From: Malacoraja senta
Taxonomy: Eukaryota
Length of the DNA: 64,000 nt
Assembly: GCA_038087875.1 (NCBI GenBank)
Contig: CM075998.1
Span: 496,001-560,000, forward strand
Direction: 5' to 3'
Shown: positions 1-11,195 of the stretch, piece by piece
Layout of the letters: each line of letters begins with the position of its first letter
How positions within the stretch are numbered: position 1 is the first letter of the stretch
Program-made: the position numbers and the translations under genes
The notes under the pieces: generated by a model
Seen by the model: the letters and a program-made list of their open reading frames with translations, nothing else
Told to the model about the DNA's origin: nothing
Database searches by the model: none

Positions 1-111
1 TTAATTTCCAGTTCCCATCCTGTAAAATAAAATAAAAAGCAGTAACTTGCAGATTCCTGCAAATACATCAGAAGGAGTAATTTCCCTTATTGGACCAAGA
101 AGGATTCATTT

Positions 112-210
112 GAAGCTGAAGAAGGGTCTCGACCTGAAACGTCACCCATTCCTTCTCTCCAGAGATGCTGCCTGTCCTGCTGAGTTACTCCAGCATTTTG
201 TATCTATCTT
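112..210 (+). mobile_element. Short Penelope-derived insertion with hammerhead ribozyme motif and 11-bp TSD
   Basis: AGGATTCATTT duplicated at 101-111 and 211-221. Confidence 0.8.
116..147 (+). ncRNA. Minimal type I hammerhead ribozyme motif
   Basis: CTGAAGA-A-GGGTC(TC)GACCT-GAAA-CGTC: both catalytic boxes, stem II and a GUC triplet. Confidence 0.65.
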
Positions 211-3200
211 AGGATTCATTTTCATAGTCACTAAAATATCAGTAACAGCCATATGCTGCTTATAGTCCATCCATTGTCAGAGCCTGTGATTTTCCTGCCA
301 TTTGTCCACAAAGTAGTTCACACTAGATTACAAGCAACAAGCAACCATTTCCATTTTAAATATCAGCAGGATAATATTTAGTCAGCAGCAGCAGCAAGAA
401 TCCGAACATTTCCAGCAACTACAGGTCTTTTTGCTTAAGAAGTGGTAATTTCTTGCTTATAGTCCATAAAATAGCAGAAGTAATTGCTAATCTGGGTTAC
501 ATCAAATACCGTGTGGTACGTTTCTGTTTGAGGTACCTTATATGCAGTAACTTCTAGCCTATAATATAGAAAATATCAAGAGCAGTAACCTCCAATCAAT
601 AGCCTATTAGAATTTGTAATTTGCAGATTACTGCAAATAAAATATCAGAAGTAACAATGTCCACATTGTTTACCTAAGTTAAAATAAGCAATTGTTTTCT
701 GCTGATTGCCCATAAAATATTACAAGCAGGAGTTTCCAGTGTAGACCCCATGATATCTCTGACGTATCTCATTATTGCACATTAAAAATAAATTATCTTC
801 AAGCCCATTAAATATCAGATCATGAGCCTAACATTTTCTGAAATAACAGAAACAGAATATTTTGTCAAGTTTAGAAAACATTTGAAGCAGTAATTGACAG
901 TCTGTAATCCATAAAATCTCAGGCAGTTATTTGTAATCTAAAGTCCATAAAATAACCCAAGCTGTTTCTACTCTGCACATAAAAAAATCCAATATAGTAG
1001 TTTCCTTGAAAGTACCTTACAAAACCAGCATGTTCAGGCACATAATATCAAAAGCAGTAACTTCCAGTCGATAGCTAAAATATCACACCAGTAATTTCTT
1101 GGAGTCCTTCATCTATAAAATATCAGAAGCAATAATTTCAGTTTATAGCCTATTTCAGGAGGAGTTATTTCCTGCTTCTCATCCATTAAATATCAGTAGT
1201 AATTTCCAGAGTATAATTTAGAAACCTTTCTGCTATCAGAGGTAGTATTTCCAATCTACAATCAACTAATTAATTGTCTTTAACGTTCATTCTATAGAAC
1301 ATGATAGAATTGAAGCTGTGATTTCTTGTCTGTGAATCCATGAAATAATTGATAATGATCCCTAGATAGAAGATAGAACACCAGAAGCTGGAATTTCTAC
1401 TCCATAGTTAGTATAATATCAGAACGAACAATGTCCAGTATGCAGTACATAACATATAAAAAACAATTATTGACAGTGCATTCTGTGTAATATCAGAAAC
1501 AGCAATTTTCCATTAAGTATGAAAAGCATTAATGCTCAACCCAAAGACCTGAAACAGTAATGTCCAATAATAGTCCATGAAATGTCAGAAGTATCAATTT
1601 CCAAATTACAGTCCACAAAATACAAACATTTCCACATTTAGGGTATTCCTTGGATTGAAGTTTGGAATTCTAAGTAACAGTCCACACAATATCAGAAGCA
1701 CCTGTGCACTAATTCAACATCCATCCAGTATCAACAGCAGTAATTTCTAGTCTGTGATCAATAAATGATCAGAAGCATTTATTTTCAGTAGAGAGTTGGT
1801 AAAATATGTCAATGTTCCATTCAATCTGTACCACATAATGGGTAATCTATAGTCTGTATAGCATCAGAAACTATTTCCCATCCATTGTCTGAATTGCTGG
1901 ATGCAGTACATTCCATGCATTGTCCAGGAAATGCTACAAGCATCAATTTCTGTCCTGTGGTCGGTAAAACACAAGTTGAAGCATAAAATATCAGAGACAG
2001 TAAACTACAGTCAATTATCCAGGACGTATCGGGAGCAGTTAATTCCGGTCTATCATCCACAAAATGTCAGATGCAGTTATTTACAGTCAGGGATCCATAA
2101 AATATGAGCAGCAGGAACTTGCGATTCAGCCCATAAAACATCAGCAGTCTCCACTAGTCTATAGTCAATAACATATTAGAAACAGAAATTTCTGGTTAAA
2201 GCTTAGATCAGAAGCAGTAACCTCTGCAGTATCTGAAGGGGCAAATTCCTTCTTATTATCCATTTGGCATCAGAAGCAGCAAATTCCACACAGCAGTCCA
2301 TATAATATCAGCAGCAGTCAGTTCCAATGCCTAGTTTTAAAAAATGTCAGGAGCGCCAATTTTCAATCTTTAGTCAATGAAAGAACAGAATATTCCAATT
2401 GTTGGTCATAAACATTTCACAAAGTATTTCAACATTTTTTACTCTGTTTATTACAAGAGCCAATTTCCAATCTCGACTCCATAAAATATCAGGTGCATTA
2501 ATTTCTTATCTTCAGTCCATAAAGTATCAGGAGGGAAGATTTCCAATGTTTACTCCATAAAATGTCAGACACAGCAAATTCTAATTTCTTGTCATTTAAT
2601 GCAATTAATCCATAAAATATCAAAAGCAGCAATTTCCAATTAATCCATTAACTTAAAAAAAAATCAGCAGCTTCAATTTCCACTCTTTATAAATGATCAG
2701 ATATGTCTTTTTTCCAAATAAAAAATGTAGTCTATAAAATATCAGAAGCAATATTTCTTTAGAGTCCAAAAAAAATTCAGAAGCAGTTATTTCCCATTTA
2801 ACATCCATTAAGTGTCAGAAGCCATCGTTTCCAGTTTTGAGTCCATAAAATATCAGAAGCAGCAGTTTCTAATCGTTACTCCATAAATTATCAGCAGCAG
2901 GAATTTCCAGTCTATCGTGTATGGATGGTGAATAAGTAATTTGCTGGATACAGTCTGCACACCTCAGAAGCAGCTATTTCCAGGCAGCAGGCCAGGAAAT
3001 ACCAAAAGCAATAATTTTAAGGCTTTAGTCCATAAAATATCAGAAGCATTAATGTTCAGTTTTTAGTCTTTAAACTGTAAATGGCATTAATTTTGTGCTT
3101 CTATTCGCATCGTAAATTTTCCTCTTTAAAATCTAGAACATAACAAAATCAACAGTGTCTGCCATAAAATATCAGAATGAGTAGTTTCTGGAGTATGGTC

Positions 3201-3983
3201 TATGAAATATCAGCATTTTATTTTGTACAAAGAATGTGTCATCGGTAAATTCCCATATCTTGTCCCTAAAATAATCAAAGGACAACTTTCCTCGATCAGA
3301 AGCGGTAAATTCTTGTTGTTAGTCCATGAAACATTTCCATTCTAAAGTAAATCATTTATTGGAAGTATTACTCTACAATCTACTCACCATAAATATACAA
3401 GCTGTAATTTCCAACTTTTGATCCCTAAGCTACCAGCCATTAGTACAAAATCATTTGAAGTAGTCATTTCCAGACTGCAGTATATGCAATGTAGGAAGGA
3501 GCAACTTCCTCTTTCTGCCCTACAAAATATGTCCTTAGTCCAGAAAATATCAGAAACAATAAATTCAAAACACAATTCAGAAGCATTTATTTTCCTTTAA
3601 AAGCCCATAACGTATCAGAAGCAATTATTCCTACTTACTAGTTCATAAAATATCAGGTCTACTTCATAAAGAATCTGAAGCAATAATTTCATGGTAATCA
3701 CCTATAAAATATCAAGAAGATTCATTTCCACATTATAGTCCATTAACTATCAGATGCACTGATTTCCCATGCACATCCAGAAAAAAATGGAAGTAATTTT
3801 CAGTCTACATTCCATAATATCTGAACACAAATTTCCAGCTTTAAGAACATAAAATATAAGCAGTCATTTGCAGTTTATATTCCCAGATATCATTACCCAT
3901 TTCTTGTCTGTACCCCATAAATTATCAGAAGCAGTAATTTCCATTGTAACATCAGAAAGGAAAAACTGATGCTGAAAATGTGA

Positions 3984-4183
3984 NNNNNNNNNNNNNNNNN
4001 NNNNNNNNNNNNNNNNNNNNNNNNNNNNNNNNNNNNNNNNNNNNNNNNNNNNNNNNNNNNNNNNNNNNNNNNNNNNNNNNNNNNNNNNNNNNNNNNNNNN
4101 NNNNNNNNNNNNNNNNNNNNNNNNNNNNNNNNNNNNNNNNNNNNNNNNNNNNNNNNNNNNNNNNNNNNNNNNNNNNNNNNNNN
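3984..4183. other. Assembly gap, 200 N
   Basis: Exactly 200 n, a round number typical of a scaffolding join. Confidence 0.99.
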
Positions 4184-4317
4184 TGGCTGTGGAGGCCAAC
4201 GAGAAAGCCCTCAACAGTTGCATCCTCATAGTGTTTCTGGATTTAATCACCATCTTTTAGGCAGAATGTGCCATGCACTTTCATCAAAGTTACAGGATTA
4301 TCATTCATGCTTTAACT

Positions 4318-4456
4318 TCTTCTTCTTCTTGCGGATGGCATGCACAGCCTAAAGTTGTAAGACAACTTGTTCTGTTTGATCTTCTGTTTGTGCACGCCAG
4401 GCTGATTGCATTCGTCCAAACAGGGTGGACCATGTGAAGGTTGCAATCTCCCACCC
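4318..4456 (-). mobile_element. 139-bp retro-insertion with (AAG)n tail and 12-bp TSD
   Basis: CATGCTTTAACT at 4306-4317 and 4457-4468; (TCT)n at the left end. Confidence 0.75.
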
Positions 4457-5264
4457 CATGCTTTAACTGATACTTCAGAGGCTGAGGTAGTTCCCAACTA
4501 ATGGTTGTACCAGGCTTGATGGAGCCCATTGGGAACCCTCATCATCACCTTGTACGCATCTTCCTCGTCTGTAGTGAAAGGACATTGGCCAGCAACTTTG
4601 GTGCACAAGGGATGCGCCTTTACTGGAGAGGTGATGTCCAATGGAGCTTTATCTATATCTCGTTTGGTGAGATTATTTTTTGGAAATTAGAGCAGTTTCG
4701 TATAAAACTATTCAAGCGAGCAAGAGGATAAACAAAACAAAAAAAACTTGACTAATTATCATCATCTACCAACCTGAACAGTCAGTTTGTTTTATGAACA
4801 TTGTTAATCTGCTGTTAGTCATTAGTGAGTTAATCCTGCTGTTTCCTGGTTCTTCACAGTCAAGAGAAATAGTTAAGAAACTGCCTTCCTGAGTTGCAAG
4901 CGCAGGAAGATCACGGGAGGAGGGTTTATGTAACCAGTAACCTGAGATCAGCGGTTGAAGGCAGATATTGGTGTACAAGAGGCCATGGTGAAGAGGGTAT
5001 TCCCTCAGAAGTATTCTGACATGCTGAGCAGGAACAAAATACCGAGATACAACTGGTGCCATCAAAATATAGTCCCTCACAGTTCGTAAGCAACAACCAA
5101 AGGAATTTTCTTTCCCCCCAACTTGGTTAGATCCAGCTTGAATTCCAGCAGTTCCATAAATATTAAATAGCTTGTACAGAAAGAGAAAAGTAAAGGAGGA
5201 AATAAGAAGGTGTTAAATGTTTGCTGCAGAAGGAGCAAAGTAATCTTGGGGGAATAATTAGATT

Positions 5265-6200
5265 TGCATCTGTAGATTACAAGTTATTTTAAACTATGGA
5301 TTGTACATGCAAGCTGCAAATAGTTATTTTTAGATTAAGTTCATAAGTGTAAGTCGCAAACAGCCATCCTAAGCTAACTGATTGTGCTTTTCATGCATTT
5401 AAATTGCAAATAGTAGTTTTAATTTTCCTGCGCGTTGCGTAAATTGCAAATTGTCATCTTAACCTGTCGTTTGCAAAACAACAGTTTTTCTTTATAGATC
5501 AAGTGCAAATCCTAAATGATCGCTTTAAATATGCGAATTGAAAACAGTCAATTTAAACTCCAGTGATCTTCCTTGAATGTGCAAATCACAAATTGTCACT
5601 TTACACTTATGGGTCATACATACAAGTCCCAATCCATCACTATAAATGTTATAAACTACAAATGGTCATTTTAAGCTACTGGCCAAATATGTACGTTGCA
5701 AAGTGTCATATTAAGCTCCAGACATTTCTAAGCGATGGATTTCATTTCCACGTCAGCTTTTATTTTGTAAAATGTTCATCAGCAATTTCTAGAATATACT
5801 CAGCATGTCTGTTGCAATCCATCATTTTAAGCTGTGGTCTGCACTTTAAGTCGCAAAATCATTTTCAGCTTTTAAATAAAGTGCAAATCGCAATTCATTA
5901 CTTCAAGCTAAAGTTTGCACGCAAGTCGCAAATATTTAAGTTACTGTTTGAATGTGTAATCAGCAATTACACCAACAAACAAAGATTGTATGTATGAGTG
6001 TGTGATTGCAATCTATCATTTTAAGATACAGGTCATGTGTAAATTGCAAATATTTCTGCACCAATCACTTCCAAGACTCGGTGTCAATTCGAAGTCATTT
6101 TTTATGCAATGTTGTTCCCATTCACAATTGTTAGACTGTAGACTTGCATGCTAGTCTATCATCAGCAATTCCTATATTACGTTTGCTGATCATTTAATAA
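5265..6200. repeat. Highly degenerate ~40-bp minisatellite (GTAAATTGCAAATAGTCATTTTAAGCT core)
   Basis: TGCAAAT/CGCAAA...TCATTTTAAG recurs, e.g. near 5313, 5353, 5403 and 5443. Confidence 0.7.
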
Positions 6201-6599
6201 ATCATTGGAGTTTAGTTCATAAACCTACAACAAACTGCCATTTCTTGCTTGACCTGACGGGCAAATTATTTTGAAATAAGCTGTTCCTAAAACAAAAGTA
6301 AGCAAAAGGATTACTTTGCTGATAAGAAATTAGATCTTTCTTTGAAAAAGTAAAAAAAATAAGGTAAACGAGAAACAGCTAAAATTACTTATCAATATCT
6401 AAAAACTTTAAACTGAATCAATGAATGACTTGCCTTCCCCTTTCCTGCAGGTTTGGGGGCTGTAGATCCAGTCATCCTGTTGATGAGGACCCTTACAGAG
6501 AGAAAGCATAAACACAGGAACATAAAAGCTAACGAGGGCAGTTAGAGGGCAAGAAAACAAAGAAAGGAAATGTAGAGAGTAGGAAATATCAGTGGTGCT

Positions 6600-7640
6600 G
6601 AGGGAGAGAAAAACACTGAGCCAACATTACACATTGATGGCCTACAGGAGTCTGGCCATGTCTGATACAAGCAGAGAAAGCAAGTTACCTGAAGTTGTTG
6701 AATTCAATGTGAGTCCAGAAGGTTGCAACATTTCAAGCCAGAAGATGAAGCTTGTATTGAGTTTTGTTGTAACAGTGCAGGAGGTGACAGAATGACAATG
6801 GGAGTGGGATGAGGAATTAAAGTGGCAGGCAATGGGAAGCTCAGTGTCGCCCGGCCGTGGCCTGAACACAGGTGCGCTGCAAAATGATCACCAGCATGCA
6901 TGTGGTGCCTGCAATGCAGAGACCACATGTGAGCACTGAATGCAGTGCACTAGATTGGAAGCAGTGCGAGTGAAAGATTGAGTCCCTGAAAGGTCTGATG
7001 GGTTGCTTGGATGGTGGAAAGGAAGAGGTAAATGGATAGGTGTTGCATCCCTTATGGTTGCATGGGAAAGCGCCGTGAGAAAGGGAGCAGTGGGTAGAAG
7101 TAGAAGAGCGGACCCCGGGAGCTGTGGTGGAAAGAATCCTTTTGAAATGTTGAGAAGGAAGGAGAATGGACGATGTGCCTGGTGTTGGAATCTCATTGAA
7201 GGTGATGGAAATTGGAAAGGATCATCTGAAGATGCTTGCAATTTCCAAGAGAATCCCAGACTCTTGCAGTGATCTCGATCGTACTGCAACCCATCCTGCC
7301 CCATGCAAGGACGCTATTCCATTCTCCCAGTTCCTCCTTCTCCATTGTATTTGTTCTGATGATAACACATTCCACACAGGTACCTCTGAAATGTCGTCCT
7401 TCTTCCTGAACTGTGGCTTCTCCTGCACCATACTTGGCAGAGCTCTTGACCACATCTTATCTACGTTCCGCCTCTGCTTTCACGCCCTCTCTTCGTGGAC
7501 AGAACAAGCTGGTCCTCACCTTTCACTCCGCCAGCTTCCACATCATCCTTTGCTATTTCTGCTGCCGACAGCAAGTTCCCACCACCATATCTTCCCCTCC
7601 CCTTTCAGCATTCTGAAGGGACTGTTCTTTGGTCCATTCA
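6600..7640. mobile_element. Degenerate Penelope-like element fragments in opposite orientations
   Basis: Minus strand: PIACHFNSSSHSH...IFWLEMLQPSGL (C-terminal GIY-YIG region). Plus strand: HPAPCKDAIPFSQFLLLHCICSDD (thumb/linker region). Confidence 0.75.
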
Positions 7641-8795
7641 TCCTTAATCTCTTTGCATGCCATAGAGAAATAGAAGTCAGAAACAGGCTGTTGGCCCCGA
7701 GTCAACCCTCAAGCACCCATTTTCACTAATCCTACCGTAACTCATTTATTCTCCCCATGTTCCCATCAATTCTCCCCAGATTTGTCCTCTCACCCACACA
7801 TTGGGTGTTTGTTGGTTAGTTATCTAACATTGGTGAATTCAATGTCCAATGAAATTTCAGTAAAAGTAACCCTGAAACTGCTGGATTGTTGCAATAACGA
7901 AAATAGTTCAGTGATATTCTTTCAGAAAGTCAAGCTGCTGTTCCTATCTGGTTTGGCATATGACCATTCCATAAGGGCTGGGCAACTGGAATGTCAATGG
8001 GCAGTTTAAGCCATACACTGTGAGAGTAAATGTACTTTAGCATCATTAGAGGCTCATTTATTGTGAATTTAAACAGCAAGATTTCAATTTTTAAAACAGT
8101 GGATCAAATATCCTGCAGGAATTACATCAAGGGGTTCTTGCCCATTCCACGTTGTGAAGTGTATGTTTGCAATTCTGGCCAAATCCTTTGGGAAGCAGAT
8201 GATGTTATGTAGGGAGAGAGATATGGGGTCGTGACCCCTGCCTGTTAGGATAGGGCCATTTAACTGCAAATGGGTTTGGATTGCAGCTGACTAACTGCCC
8301 TGTGGCCACAGGACACTATTAAATAGAGCAGCACATAATGGGGAATACAAATCTCAGTGCAATTCTCCACAGCTGTGAGTTTGACACGATCAGCTCTTCA
8401 TAAAAACAGTGGGTATCATAATCGTTTTATACCGAATTTGAATTTTAGGATCATTAATTAATATTGAATGTTCCTGCTTTCAAGATGTATTCTTTAATTC
8501 ACCATGTGGCTCAACTGTAAATTAACCCAAAGTATTGAACTGCCTGTCCCTTTTTACAAAACAAATTTATCCTCTTAATAAATGGCTGTGAAGGTTTATT
8601 CTAATTATTCGTCTAAAGATGACGATATTTTTCTCAAGTTGTTGCTATTCTCTTTTCTAACAATAATTAATTCAATGATGAGATCAAAGTTCCAACCAAT
8701 CAAATGTATTATTTTGCCATAAATCTATTCAGACACGTATCAGTTAATGATAGTTAAACAAGGAACTGCAGATACTAGTTTACAAAGAAGAAAGA

Positions 8796-9229
8796 TTGGA
8801 TAGACTCGGCTTGTACTCGCTAGAATTTAGAAGATTGAGGGGGGATCTTATAGAAACTTACAACATTCTTAAGGGGTTGGACAGGCTAGATGCAGGAAGA
8901 TTATTCCCGATGTTGGGGAAGTCCAGAACAAGGGGTCACAGTTTAAGGATAAGGGGGAAGTCTTTTAGGACCGAGATGAGAAAATTATTTTTTACACAGA
9001 GAGTGGTGAATCTGTGGAATTCTCTGCCACAGAAGGTAGTTGAGGCCAGTTCATTGGCTATATTTAAGAGGGAGTTAGATGTGGCCCTTGTGGCTAAAGG
9101 GATCAGGGGGTATGGAGAGAAGGCAGGTACAGGATACCGAGTTGGATGATCAGCCATGATCATATTGAATGGCGGTGCAGGCTCGAAGGGCCGAATGGCC
9201 TACTCCTGTACCTATTTTCTATGTTTCTA
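8796..9229 (+). mobile_element. CR1-clade (HER1-like) LINE 3' fragment
   Basis: LGLYSLEFRRLRGDLIETY...RTRGHSLRI...FFTQRVVNLWNSLP; 3' tail GGGCCGAATGGCCTACTCCTG...CTATGTTTCT. Confidence 0.92.
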
Positions 9230-9452
9230 AGAACATAAAGTGCGGAGTACCTCAGTGGGTCAGGCAGCATCTCTGGAGAACATGGATAGGCGATGTTTTG
9301 GGTCGCGTTTGAGTCTGAAGAAAGGTCCCGAACTGAAACGATGCCTATCCATGTTCTCCAGTGATGCAACTTAACCCGCTGAGTTACTCCAGCATTTTGT
9401 GTCCTTCTGGCTCTATGTATAACTGGTTTGATTCTATCCAATAAGATAGGCA

Positions 9453-9757
9453 TTTAGTTTAGTTTCGTGATACAGCGTGGAAACAGGCCCTTCGGCCCAC
9501 CGGGTCCGCGCCAACCAGCGATCCCCGCACATTAACACTACCCTACACACAATAGGGACATTTTTGACACTATACCAAGCCAATTAACCTACAAACCTGT
9601 ACATCTTTGGAGTGTGGGAGGAAACCGAATATCTCGGAGAAACCGAATAACACGGGGATAATGTACAAACGCCGTACAGACAGCATCCGTAGTCGGGATC
9701 GAACATGGGACTCAGGCGCTGCAAGGCAGCAACTCTACCACTGTGCCACCATGCCGC
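9453..9757 (-). mobile_element. tRNA-derived V-SINE (HE1-like)
   Basis: Minus strand GGTGGCACAGTGG (A box), GTTCGATCC (B box), TCCTCCCACACTCCAAAGA core, (CTAAA)n tail. Confidence 0.88.
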
Positions 9758-10274
9758 TGGTGATGTTTCTATCCAGTCAAATGCATTCAACGGCTATGAT
9801 TTAATTCAATCAGATTTGTGCTTGTTGGTGATAAATCTATCCAAATGTATCCATCCAATCATTTGTGCATTAGTTGGCTGCGATACCATCCAATTATATA
9901 TGTGCTGGTGTATTTGATCCTATCCAGATATGTATAGCTCGTAATGATTCAGTGCAATCAAATGTATTAGTTGCCTTTAATTCTATCCATTCAGGTGTAT
10001 ACTACCATTCAGGTACCGCACAGGAACAGGCCCTTCGGCTCACAATGTCCGTGCGGAAAATGATGCTTGAACATAATCCATATCCCTCCATATCCATATG
10101 CCCATCAAAAAGTCACCTAAATGCCACTATGGATCTGCCTCCACCACCATCCCCAGCAACGCACTGCAAGTACTCACCACCCTCTGTGTAAAAAAACTTG
10201 ACCTGCACATTTGCGTTAAACTTTACCCCTCTCATCTTAAAGCTATATCCTCTAGTATTTGATATTTCCATCCT

Positions 10275-10296
10275 GGGGGGGGGGGGGGGGGGGGGG
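10275..10296. repeat. G22 homopolymer
   Basis: Read directly from the sequence. Confidence 0.95.
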
Positions 10297-10821
10297 AGAT
10301 TCTGACTGTATATTAGTTGGTTTAATCTCATCCATTCAAATATGTATTAACTGGCCATATCACCTAAAGTGCCAGTTGCCTCTATTTCAAAGTCACATCT
10401 TCCAATTGCCTAAGATCTTATCCAATCTGATACATATTAGTCAGAGATGGTTATATCTAATCAAGCATACCGGTTGGTACGATTCAATCCAATCACATGT
10501 ATTAGTAGATTCAATTTTATCCAATCATATATGTATTTTTGGCTACGGTTCTTTCCAATCATAGAACATGCTATGTACAGTACAGGAACAGGCCTTTCAG
10601 CCCATAATGGCGGTGCCAAACATGATGCCAAAATGAACTAATCTTATCTGCCTGCACATGATCCACATCCACGTATTAGCTGCTACAATTCTATCCATTC
10701 TGATACCAGTTAGTTGGCAATAATTCTATCCAGTCAAATGTACTAAATGGCTACACTTCTATCCAATCAGATATGTATTAGTTGGCTTTGATTCTGTTTT
10801 TTTGATTTGTTCTTTTTGTAG

Positions 10822-11195
10822 CTGACCCCTGTGTCCAAGTGGATGGGAGTCCAAAATGTTGCTTTTTTAAATTTAGCCCCAAAGTCACATTTACAAACGT
10901 GGTGCGAGCTCACCTGTGGGTATACCTGCGACCAGTACTGCACACCTCCACAGTGTACCTGCAAATCCTCAGGCTGAAACCTGTGACGGAAAAAGGCAGC
11001 AGGCACTCGAGGATCCGATCCTTAAAAATAGACATGGACACCCGCAATGGGCGCTGGCAAAGCATCGACTTTAAGCACGTTCTGCAGAACTGGTTCAAGC
11101 AACCGCACACCAACTGGGGCATTGAGATCAACGTCTTTGATATGGATGGGAATGACTTGGCTATTACATCTCCGGGAAGTGGAGAGAAGGGATTG
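10822..11195 (+). CDS. GDF11: GDF11 exon 2 (374 nt, propeptide)
   Basis: Acceptor tttttgtag|CT GAC CCC and donor GGA TTG|gtgagt. Encodes [20 protein letters not shown]...LWVYLRP...[26 protein letters not shown]...GEKGL. Confidence 0.95.

Larger units (their letters stand above)
1..3983. repeat. Degenerate ~38-bp minisatellite (approx. consensus AGTCCATAAAATATCAGAAGCAGTAATTTCCAGTCTAT)
   Basis: TCCATAAAATATCAGAAGCAG variants recur throughout, e.g. 2842 and 2880 (38 bp apart); runs into the assembly gap. Confidence 0.9.
8690..10795. repeat. Degenerate ~33-bp minisatellite (TTCTATCCAATCAAATGTATTAGTTGGCTATGA) interrupted by TE insertions
   Basis: TCCAATCA recurs about every 33 bp (10488, 10520, 10554); ends at the exon 2 polypyrimidine tract. 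Confidence 0.75.

Noticed and set aside
1-3983. CRISPR-like array (regular ~38-bp spacing)
   Set aside because: Eukaryotic context; whole units are degenerate copies with no constant repeat plus unique spacer pattern; no cas genes.
3864-4253. ORFs spanning the N run
   Set aside because: Artefacts of translating through the assembly gap.
5563-5997. 144-aa ORF
   Set aside because: Lies in a decayed tandem array; no recognisable domain or splice structure.
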